Source: Oculatellaceae cyanobacterium bins.114
GTDB lineage: Bacteria; Cyanobacteriota; Cyanobacteriia; Elainellales; Elainellaceae
DNA: 57,895 bases
NCBI GenBank assembly: GCA_033764315.1
Contig: JANRJA010000048.1
Coordinates: forward strand, 1 to 57,895
Direction: 5' to 3'
Part shown: one piece after another, positions 50,123 through 57,895 of the stretch
How positions within the stretch are numbered: the first letter of the stretch is position 1
Layout: each line of letters begins with the position of its first letter
The notes under the pieces: model-generated
Told to the model about the DNA's origin: nothing
What the model saw: only the letters and a program-made list of their open reading frames with translations
The model's database searches: none
Program-made: the position numbers and the translations under genes

Positions 50123-52000
50123 ATGATTGTCGATCTCTCTCCCTTGTGGATTTCACTCAAGACCGCAGGACTTGCTACTGTCATTACCTTCTTTGCTGGA
50201 ATTGCCGCTGCTTACTGGATGTTGGGCTACCGAGGGCGATGGAAATCGGTGATTGAGGGAATTTTTATTTCACCGTTAATTTTGCCACCAACGGTTGTGG
50301 GCTTTTTGCTGCTGCTGTTGTTTGGCAGAAATGGTCCACTAGGGCAATTCATGGCGCAGTTTGATTTCACCGTCATTTTTACCTGGTATGCCGCTGTAAT
50401 CACAGCAACGGTTGTGGCATTCCCCTTAATGTACAAAACCGCACTAGGAGCCTTTGAGCAGGTTGATAGCAGTTTGCTCCAGGTTGCTCAAACACTGGGT
50501 GCATCCAGGGGGCGCATTTTTTGGCGGGTCCTTCTGCCGCTTTCTGTCCCTGGCATTTTGGCTGGAGCAACACTGGCATTTGCGCGGGCGTTAGGAGAAT
50601 TTGGTGCCACACTGATGTTAGCGGGAAATATTCCCGGTCAGACGCAAACGATTCCAATGGCGATTTTTTTTGCAGTGGAAGCGGGAGTCATGAGTGAAGC
50701 CTGGTTGTGGGTGACAGTGATTATGACGATCTCGTTATCAGGCATCATTGCCGTCAATCTGTGGCAAAAACAATATGAGAATCGCGTTCGAGGGACTCAA
50801 TTTGGGGCCATAGAAGCTCATGAACCTGTGAATGGTAGAGGTAAACGGGGTGAATCTCCTCAGATCGTGCCACTGGCTAAACCTCAGTTGCCGCAATTAG
50901 AACGAGGATTACTCGTTGATATTGAGAAACAACTCACTAACTTCACTCTCGACACTGCATTTACAGCTTGTCAGGAGACCTTGGGTCTGTTGGGTGGATC
51001 GGGATCGGGTAAGAGCATGACCCTGCGGTGTATTGCTGGGGTCGAGACACCCAGTAAAGGACGCATTGTTTTGAATGGTCAAACTCTGTTTGATTCAGAT
51101 AAGCGCATTAACATCTCCAGTCATCAGCGAAAAGTTAGTTTAGTGTTTCAAAACTATGCGCTGTTTCCTCATATGACAGTGGCTCAAAACATTGCCTTTG
51201 GGTTACAACAGTTGCCAAAAGACAGGCGATCGCAACGGGTCAATCAACTGCTGTCACTGATGCAATTGCAGAACTTGAGCACACCTGAAGGGATTAACTT
51301 TGCTGACCGCTATCCCCATCAACTGTCGGGGGGGCAACAGCAGCGAGTTGCGTTGGCTAGGGCACTGGCAACGGAACCAGAAGCCTTATTACTAGATGAA
51401 CCGTTTTCGGCACTGGATACCTATCTGCGATCGCAAGTAGAGGGTCAATTGATCGAAACGTTATCGACTTACTCAGGTGTCACGTTATTTGTCACCCACA
51501 ACCTAGAGGAAGCCTATCGAGTCTGTGAAAGATTGATGGTGATGTCGGGGGGACGAGCGATCGCCTTTGACGCTAAACACCGAATTTTTGAGCATCCTCA
51601 AACGTTGAGAGTGGCACAACTGACGGGATGTAAAAACTTCTCTCGTGCCTTTGGAGTCGGCACGGATGCGATCGTGGCAAGCGATTGGGGTGTGACGCTG
51701 CAAGTCGCAGAAGCGATTCCCGATAATCTCGCAGATGTAGGAATTCGTGCCCATCAACTCAACCTGTTACCGACTCCAGAAGCTAATTTGAACAATACGT
51801 TTCCCTGTTGGTTGGCTGCAACTAGTGAAACCCCCCACCGCATGACCCTCTTCCTCAAGCTAAATAGTGAACCCGAAGGGTCACAGGACTACCATATGCA
51901 GGCAGAAATATTTAAAGAAAAGTGGCAAGCCATTAAGGATTATCCGCTGCCCTGGTATGTGCGATTAGATCCACTACGGCTGATTTTGATGGTGGGTTAA
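50123..52000 (+). CDS. modBC: Fused molybdate ABC transporter permease and ATPase
   Basis: PLILPPTVVG and FARALGEFGATLMLAGNIPG; then GGSGSGKS, LSGGQQQR and LDEPFSALD. Confidence 0.93.
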   Translation: MIVDLSPLWISLKTAGLATVITFFAGIAAAYWMLGYRGRWKSVIEGIFISPLILPPTVVGFLLLLLFGRNGPLGQFMAQFDFTVIFTWYAAVITATVVAFPLMYKTALGAFEQVDSSLLQVAQTLGASRGRIFWRVLLPLSVPGILAGATLAFARALGEFGATLMLAGNIPGQTQTIPMAIFFAVEAGVMSEAWLWVTVIMTISLSGIIAVNLWQKQYENRVRGTQFGAIEAHEPVNGRGKRGESPQIVPLAKPQLPQLERGLLVDIEKQLTNFTLDTAFTACQETLGLLGGSGSGKSMTLRCIAGVETPSKGRIVLNGQTLFDSDKRINISSHQRKVSLVFQNYALFPHMTVAQNIAFGLQQLPKDRRSQRVNQLLSLMQLQNLSTPEGINFADRYPHQLSGGQQQRVALARALATEPEALLLDEPFSALDTYLRSQVEGQLIETLSTYSGVTLFVTHNLEEAYRVCERLMVMSGGRAIAFDAKHRIFEHPQTLRVAQLTGCKNFSRAFGVGTDAIVASDWGVTLQVAEAIPDNLADVGIRAHQLNLLPTPEANLNNTFPCWLAATSETPHRMTLFLKLNSEPEGSQDYHMQAEIFKEKWQAIKDYPLPWYVRLDPLRLILMVG

Positions 52001-52031
52001 ATCTTGCCAATACAGTATGCTCTGACGAAAT

Positions 52032-53066
52032 TCACACAGTCGATTGGCTACGCCTTTTGATCCTATATTTTCGTGGTGTTTCACCCGTCCACCGTTTAAA
52101 TGCTCGATGAAAGGCACTCGGTTCTGAAAAACCCAATAAAAACGCCACATCATGAATCACAACATCCGGTTTTTTGAGGTATTGGATAGCCAATTCTTTT
52201 CGAGTTTCCTCTAATAACCGTTGATAAGATGTTCCTTCAGCTTGCAGTCCTCGTTGCAAGTTGCGAACGCTCATAGTCAACTCACGGGCGATCGCCTCAA
52301 TGGTGGGAACTTCGCCCTTTAACCCCTGAATCAAAGACCGCACCACCTGACTTGAGTAAGTATCTGTCTGACTCAGTTCTCTCATCATTACCTCAGCATG
52401 TTGCTCAAATACAAACAACAGAGAAGCGTTTGCAGACAAGATAGACCATTTTAAACAACTGATATTGAAGACAAGCCGATTAGTAGATTGAGCGAACAAA
52501 ATAGGTGATTGAAAAATTCGCTGGTGTTCTGAAATAGTGGTTGGACGAGGATGTTGAAACCAAACAACTTCTGGACTTAATGGCTGACCAGTGAGTGTTT
52601 TTGCGGCTGTTAATAGAGCTGAAAAAGTACTTTCGATTGGGTGTCGAGGCTCTTCGATTAGATAGTTTTTCAGATGATTCACAACGGTGCAGTCACACCA
52701 CACCTGCTGATTTACAACAGATACCTGTAGATTGATGCCCTGGCTAAATAGGCTCAGATAACGCGAGAGCTTTTCTAACACTTGTTCAAACGTGGGACAG
52801 TTGAATAACACATAACCCAATAGCCCGATCGCTGCTAAATTAAAGTGCTCCCCAATATGTAACCCCACGTCGTGATCTCCTGTTCGCTGCACCAACTCTC
52901 GCCACAGCGATCGCAGAGGTTCTCCGGTAATATGGCTATCGGGAGTTTCTAGCAACTGGGGATCAATGCCAATGGCATGACATAAACTGTCAACCTCAAT
53001 GCCTTGAGCAGCGGCATAATGCACAATATCTCGAATTAAATTGACAGAAAAGGTAGCCTCTTTCAT
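52032..53066 (-). CDS. AraC-family regulator (long, OruR-like)
   Basis: C-terminal MSVRNLQR.L..EGTSY...LLGFSEPSAFHRAFKRWTG.TP. Confidence 0.9.
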   Translation of the reverse strand: MKEATFSVNLIRDIVHYAAAQGIEVDSLCHAIGIDPQLLETPDSHITGEPLRSLWRELVQRTGDHDVGLHIGEHFNLAAIGLLGYVLFNCPTFEQVLEKLSRYLSLFSQGINLQVSVVNQQVWCDCTVVNHLKNYLIEEPRHPIESTFSALLTAAKTLTGQPLSPEVVWFQHPRPTTISEHQRIFQSPILFAQSTNRLVFNISCLKWSILSANASLLFVFEQHAEVMMRELSQTDTYSSQVVRSLIQGLKGEVPTIEAIARELTMSVRNLQRGLQAEGTSYQRLLEETRKELAIQYLKKPDVVIHDVAFLLGFSEPSAFHRAFKRWTGETPRKYRIKRRSQSTV

Positions 53067-53262
53067 CTAAACCAATGGGAGAAATTAACTCTGGTGCAGA
53101 CATCGTCGCAATTTATCATCTCATACCCTTTTGTCCTGTACTTAGGTTGAGATGGTATCCTTTATGTTCAGCGGCTCAACGAGATTATGTAACAGCAGCG
53201 ATCGTGTGAGCGGCAAGATGTCTGAGTGTTTCAGCTATTTCGCCCTAAAAGTATAGGATTGG

Positions 53263-53814
53263 ATGTTAGTTGTCGTGATTCAGGCTCCTGAAGGATTTAC
53301 AACGGAAAGGCTTGTTTTACGTCGTCCTCGTCTCTCAGATGCAGCGGCAATTTTTGAATATGGCAGTGATCCTCACGTCGTTCACTACATGGATTATCGT
53401 CCTCGTACTAACATCAGTGAGGTGGTGCAATTGCTTGAGGGGCAGCCTGAACAGTGGAAATCAGATAGCTTTTCCTGGGTTGTGACCGTCAAACCGGAGG
53501 ATCGACCGATTGGTACCCTTGCGTGTTGGTTAGAAGATCATAGGGCTAGTTTTGGTTATCTACTGCATCAGCAGTATTGGGGACAAGGGTATGCAACAGA
53601 AGCGGCGCGTGCTGTAGTGGAATGGGCCATCAGCCTACCCAACATTTATCGGGTGTGGGCAACCTGCGATGTTGAGAATCTTGCTTCAGTGAGAGTTTTG
53701 GAAAAATGTGGGCTAGCCCTTGAAGGGAAATTACGTTGTTATTCAGTTCGCCCTAACATTTCAGCCATTCCTAGAGATGCGTTGATGTATGCGAGGGTAC
53801 GCGAGATAGCCTAA
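53263..53814 (+). CDS. GNAT acetyltransferase (RimJ/RimL-like)
   Basis: TERLVLR, WGQGYATEA and N.ASVRVLEKCG. Confidence 0.9.
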   Translation: MLVVVIQAPEGFTTERLVLRRPRLSDAAAIFEYGSDPHVVHYMDYRPRTNISEVVQLLEGQPEQWKSDSFSWVVTVKPEDRPIGTLACWLEDHRASFGYLLHQQYWGQGYATEAARAVVEWAISLPNIYRVWATCDVENLASVRVLEKCGLALEGKLRCYSVRPNISAIPRDALMYARVREIA

Positions 53815-53848
53815 CGCCGTTGTTCTAACCAAAGTTGTGTGAATAAAT

Positions 53849-54253
53849 TCACGTGGCCTTCGCATTACCAGGTTGAGTGATCCACTGAACCAGTTGAAGC
53901 ACTACCCCGTTGGGGTCTGTCACTTGGAAGAAGCGTTCACCCCAGGGTTCAGTCTCAATAGGAGTCGTGATCAGTACACCTTCCGCTTGCAGTCGTGCAT
54001 ATTCCGTGTCAATATCATCGACGACAAATGCAATAAGCAATCCATCGGCTCGATGTTCACGCATATGAATGGGTTTGAAGCTTTCTAATCCCGTCCTTAA
54101 AAAGATTAGATTGAAGCCAGCATCATCTCTAGCAAGAGATACAAAGCCATCGGCTGACATTTGCTCACTAAAACCAAAATATTTTTTAACGAATGTAGCA
54201 GATGCCACAACATCATCAACGTTCAACGAAATGGCAGAAGCGGTAATTTTCAT
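53849..54253 (-). CDS. VOC/glyoxalase family protein
   Basis: LNVDDV.AS..F...FGF; PWGERFFQVTDPNG. Confidence 0.88.
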   Translation of the reverse strand: MKITASAISLNVDDVVASATFVKKYFGFSEQMSADGFVSLARDDAGFNLIFLRTGLESFKPIHMREHRADGLLIAFVVDDIDTEYARLQAEGVLITTPIETEPWGERFFQVTDPNGVVLQLVQWITQPGNAKAT

Positions 54254-54292
54254 TGTTTTTCCCTCAATAGGATGATGGATGGGCGATCGCAA

Positions 54293-54757
54293 TTATTCAT
54301 CCAGTCCATCAGTCTCGTGGTTTTCAAGGCGTTCTTCAAGTTGTCGCAAGACTGTAACAGCAGTCCTTAAAGCATGTAATGAGAGCGTTTCGCTGACTTG
54401 ATTTGCCCAATCAATCTGACACTGTTGCACGTAGTCCAAGGCTTTACGACCTTTGGGTGTAATGGTCATTAATTTGGCACGACGATGGTGAGGATTGTCG
54501 GTATAGGTAATAAATCCATCGTTTGCCAGAGCATCAGCGATTTGCTGAACACTCTGTCGAGTTAGCCCCATGATTCGAGCAACATGAGCAACGGGTGTCG
54601 GCTGATGTTCTACAACGCCAAGCACCTGCCAGCGGGCACTGCTTAAGCCAACCGGATGGGTCAAGCGATCGCCCGCCTCTAACAAAAGCCCATTTAACCG
54701 AAAGACCTCAAGGATAAGTTCGGTAAAGGCACTGCCATTGGCACTCGGCTCACTCAT
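54293..54757 (-). CDS. MarR-family regulator
   Basis: LSSARWQVL, VARIMGLTRQSVQ, NPHHRRAKL..IT.KG. Confidence 0.9.
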   Translation of the reverse strand: MSEPSANGSAFTELILEVFRLNGLLLEAGDRLTHPVGLSSARWQVLGVVEHQPTPVAHVARIMGLTRQSVQQIADALANDGFITYTDNPHHRRAKLMTITPKGRKALDYVQQCQIDWANQVSETLSLHALRTAVTVLRQLEERLENHETDGLDE

Positions 54758-54758
54758 A

Positions 54759-54797
54759 TGACAGTATGCTACCAAATTGACAGTCTTCTGTCAATTT
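54759..54797 (-). promoter_or_regulatory. sigma70 promoter overlapped by a palindromic operator
   Basis: Minus strand TTGACA-N17-TAGCAT, 8 nt before the ATG; palindrome AAATTGACAG-tctt-CTGTCAATTT (54774-54797). Confidence 0.75.
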
Positions 54798-54892
54798 AAT
54801 CGATCATCTAATCCAAAAGTTGATTATAAGATTGCCAAAACAATCATTTCGTCTAATTTCAAAGCTTGATAGAGGTGGTTGATAAACTCTTT

Positions 54893-54988
54893 GTTCTCAT
54901 TAAAGAAACCAAACGTGCGCTTATCTGGTGTTGCCGTTAGCCCAATGGGGTACTCATCCACCATGAATTCAAAGAGCTCAATCGGTAG
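54893..54988 (-). pseudogene. Relic of a type I restriction HsdR helicase gene
   Basis: Minus frame reads LPIELFEFMVDEYPIGLTATPDKRTFGFFNEN. Confidence 0.55.
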
Positions 54989-55058
54989 GCGATCGCTCAG
55001 AACGAGGACGCGATCGCTTTATTCCAGAGGTTCTGTCATCTATCCGAGAATAAAATGC

Positions 55059-55478
55059 TCAACTGGATAGCGGTTCAGGGGGTGTAATTACGACTGAAGG
55101 AGCCGATCTTGCTGCCGCCCCGTGATAAACCGCTTCAATATTGTTGCCATCGGGGTCAAGTAAAAAGGCAGCATAATATCCCAGATGGTAATGCCGTTCA
55201 CCAGGCGCACCATTGTCTCGCCCGCCTGCTGCCAGTCCTGCTTGATAAAACTGCTGCACGGTTGCTTCATTGTTGGCTTGAAAGGCAAGATGAACTTTTG
55301 ATGGTGTACTGTCTGTCTGATCGACAAACAACTCATCGGCAAAAAAGTAGCCGTCCCCTTCGCCATCAATATCTCGTCCTAGCGATCTCAACACCGCCTG
55401 GTAAAACCGTTTGCTGGCAGCAACATCAGCAACCCGCAGATGAACATGATCAATCAGGCGACCCCGATGAAATTCCAT
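55059..55478 (-). CDS. VOC/glyoxalase family protein
   Basis: IDHVHLRVAD...HLAFQA...GG.DNG.PG.R..YYAAFLLDPDGNNIEAV. Confidence 0.9.
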   Translation of the reverse strand: MEFHRGRLIDHVHLRVADVAASKRFYQAVLRSLGRDIDGEGDGYFFADELFVDQTDSTPSKVHLAFQANNEATVQQFYQAGLAAGGRDNGAPGERHYHLGYYAAFLLDPDGNNIEAVYHGAAARSAPSVVITPPEPLSS

Positions 55479-55526
55479 AGTCTTATCCTGCCTCTAAAAA
55501 CAACTCATGCTCTGGTCAAATTCTGG

Positions 55527-55952
55527 TCAACCACTGTTCTGGTTGAGTTGCTGCTCAAGTTGCTCATCCCAAAAGGCGGCTTCTATTTTGTGTCCATCTG
55601 GATCGCGCACAAAACAGCCATAATACGGCTCACTATAGTCAGGTCTGCCACCGGGGGCACCTTCGTCTTTGCCACCTGCTGCTAATGCTGCCTCATAGAA
55701 GGCGTGGACGGCTTCTTTGGTAGGGGCGATAAAGCCAATATGAGTGCCATTGCCAACCGTTGCAGGTTGCCCGTCAAAGGGAGTCCCCACCCAAAATTCG
55801 GGATACTGTTTGCCATAGGCGATCGCTCCTGGATGCTCCATGAGACGCTTACAGCCTAACGTTGGCAACACAGCGTCATAGAAGGCGATCGCTCGTGCAA
55901 AATCATTAGTACCAATCGAAACGTGCGAGAGAATGCTGGGATTGTGATCCAT
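55527..55952 (-). CDS. VOC/glyoxalase family protein
   Basis: SHVSIGTND...GNGTHIGF.A...YGCFVRDPDGHKIEA. Confidence 0.9.
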   Translation of the reverse strand: MDHNPSILSHVSIGTNDFARAIAFYDAVLPTLGCKRLMEHPGAIAYGKQYPEFWVGTPFDGQPATVGNGTHIGFIAPTKEAVHAFYEAALAAGGKDEGAPGGRPDYSEPYYGCFVRDPDGHKIEAAFWDEQLEQQLNQNSG

Positions 55953-56201
55953 ATCTGAACCCCCTTATCAGTTGAGTTGGACGTGGATGTGTCAGAAAAT
56001 CGATCGATGCTTTGACGCATCCTAACAAGACTTGATGAAACGATTGAATCATATCAGTACTGACGTACTAAATCAACTTGTCTTTTTTTGCCTTTTGTTA
56101 AGTTACAAGTTCACCCGATTAGAGGATCTTTCATTTCCGGTTCAACGGCATCATGGATGCTTGGTGCTTTAATCTAAACTTGTCACCCAAGAGGCAGAAG
56201 T

Positions 56202-56870
56202 ATGATCTTTATCTTTGAGGAAAGACCATCCGACTCGTCTTTTGTAGAAACAATCTGGCGAACTCGCAGTGAGAACGCTGGTTCTTTTATTTCTCGTGCT
56301 GTGAGTCATTGGGAAATCGTCGTGACAAAACAGGGTGGCAAGACGACGCTAACACTACGAGGCCCAGAGACACACGCGACATCTGCCACTTGCCCTGCAA
56401 ATGCTGAGTTTTTGGGTATCCAGTTTAAGCTGGGCACCTTTATGCCTCATCTGCCTGTCAGTCGCTTAGTGAATGGTGCAATAACCTTGCCAGAAGCAAC
56501 AAGCCAATCATTCTGGCTGCATCATTCCGTATGGCAATTTCCCAATTACGATGATGCCGATACCTTTGTGGATCAGCTCGTGCGCGAGAGGTTGCTGATA
56601 CGGGAACCGATTGTGGGTGCTGTATTACGTGGACAACGGCAAGAGCAATCGCTTCGCTCCATTCAACGTCATTTTATTCAAGCCACCGGGTTGACGTGTT
56701 GCAGCATTCAACAGATTGAACGGGCACGACAGGCAGCAGATTTGCTGGAACAGGGTGTATCTATTCTCGATACGGTTGAACAAACAGGCTATGCAGACCA
56801 ATCTCATTTGACGCGATCGCTGAAACGCTTTATCGGGCAAACTCCGGCTCAAATTAGCCGTAAACGATAA
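56202..56870 (+). CDS. AraC-family regulator
   Basis: C-terminal GYADQSHLTRSLKRFIGQTP. Confidence 0.88.
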   Translation: MIFIFEERPSDSSFVETIWRTRSENAGSFISRAVSHWEIVVTKQGGKTTLTLRGPETHATSATCPANAEFLGIQFKLGTFMPHLPVSRLVNGAITLPEATSQSFWLHHSVWQFPNYDDADTFVDQLVRERLLIREPIVGAVLRGQRQEQSLRSIQRHFIQATGLTCCSIQQIERARQAADLLEQGVSILDTVEQTGYADQSHLTRSLKRFIGQTPAQISRKR

Positions 56871-57027
56871 ATCCTGAACATCTGTCGTTTTTGTTCAAGA
56901 CAGTTTCCTGTAGTTGACGGTAGGGTTGGGGAAGTGTCAGGTAACTTCACCAAAGCAGATCAGCAAAAGCAAAAAAATATAACCAAGGTTGTTCATAGCA
57001 AATATCATAACAAGAGCAAACACGACT

Positions 57028-57351
57028 ATGAGAAAATTAAAACTACAAGTTCAAATGACCGTTGATGGATACGTTGCAGGCCCCAACGGTGAACTGGATT
57101 TTATGGTGTGGAATTGGGATGATGCATTAAAACAGTATGTCGAAATGATCACTGCCCCGGTTGACTGCATTGTGCTGGGACGAAAACTTGCCGAAGGGTT
57201 TATTCCTCACTGGGCGGGTGTCGCTGCAAATCCAAATGATGAGGATTTTACTGCTGGAAAGAGATTTACAGACATGCACAAAGTTGTTTTTACCAAAACA
57301 TTGAACCAGGCAGAGTGGAACAATACAGTAAACTTAATCGGAAATAGCTAG
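57028..57351 (+). pseudogene. Dihydrofolate reductase/RibD C-terminal family gene truncated by an IS
   Basis: MRKLKLQVQMTVDGYVAGPNG, LGRK and KVVFTKTL..WNNT, then runs into the IS end. Confidence 0.8.
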
Positions 57352-57895
57352 ATTAGTAGAAAAAGGTTGAGGGTAAACTGCGGGGTTTAGAATGCTGTCT
57401 TACGAGCAAGTTCAAAACAAACCACGAGTACTACAAAGCTTAACAGGGCTGAAAGCGAGCGAATTTGAACAGTTGTTGGTGAGCTTTGAACAAGCCTGGG
57501 ATGATTATGTAGAAGAACACTACATCAAGCCAGGGCGACAACGCCGCTATGGGGGAGGACGAACTCCACAGCTGAAGCAATCGGGTGACAAATTACTATT
57601 TATTCTGGTCTACTATCGGTTGTACCCAACCCAAGCGGTACAAGGCTTTCTGTTTGGCATTGGTCAACCTCAAGCGCATGAGTGGGTGCACAAACTCGGT
57701 CGAGTGCTGAACCAAGCCTTAGGGGAGGAGAAACAGTTGCCAGAGCGAGAGCCGCATCGGTTAGAGGAAGTGCTCAACGAGTGCCCTAGCTTGGAATTTA
57801 TCATTGATGGCACGGAGCGACGGATTAACCGACCTCAGGACAAAGCCCGCCGAAAGGAGTATTACAGTGGAAAAAAGAAGGGGTTTACGGTCAAA
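57329..57895 (+). mobile_element. IS5-family (ISL2-like, DDE_Tnp_4) element, 5' part; transposase from ATG 57392 runs off the window
   Basis: SLTGL...F..L, KLLFILVYYRLYPTQ..QGFLFG..Q, IIDGTERRINRP and YYSGKKK. The left end is at TA|AACTTAATCGGAAATAG, where the DHFR-like homology stops. Confidence 0.85.

Noticed and set aside
54879-55070. 63-aa plus-strand ORF
   Set aside because: It is the antisense of the HsdR relic.
56105-56155. GTTCACCCG...CGGTTCAACGG as another attC remnant
   Set aside because: No core boxes and poor stem pairing.
1-57895. tRNA, rRNA, riboswitch (e.g. TPP before thiO-thiG), integrase or prophage
   Set aside because: No such signatures were recognised by eye; a covariance-model scan would be needed to exclude small RNAs.

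Overview
Chromosomal segment of a cyanobacterium: HIP1 octamer GCGATCGC is abundant, and ndhB, an NtcA box and a Pho box are present. A filamentous Leptolyngbya/Oculatella-like strain is my inference. Partial IS elements bound the window (IS66 3' end on the left, IS5/ISL2-like 5' part on the right), so it may be a whole contig. The core is housekeeping: dusB, secG, gpmI, ABC-F, pstSCAB, topA, ndhB, fused thiO-thiG, cimA, fused modBC, and signalling proteins. Accessory patches lie at about 1.8-6 kb (toxin-antitoxin modules) and 52-57.9 kb (AraC/MarR/VOC/GNAT genes). The most notable unannotated items: (1) the 5' half of a class IIC group II intron inserted at TTGT in the right arm of an integron attC-like hairpin, with no integrase in the window; (2) two adjacent two-TM membrane proteins that share only a C-terminal I-x-G-G-W motif; (3) a frameshifted cysE paralogue that has lost its DGAGI tail, behind a long palindromic operator and an unannotated 44-aa ORF; (4) HIP1-anchored direct repeats flanking an MNT/HEPN module with a deleted toxin; (5) a small type I HsdR relic; (6) several REP/MITE-like repeat families. 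No rRNA, tRNA or CRISPR array was seen. All family calls come from recognising motifs by eye; no database searches were run.
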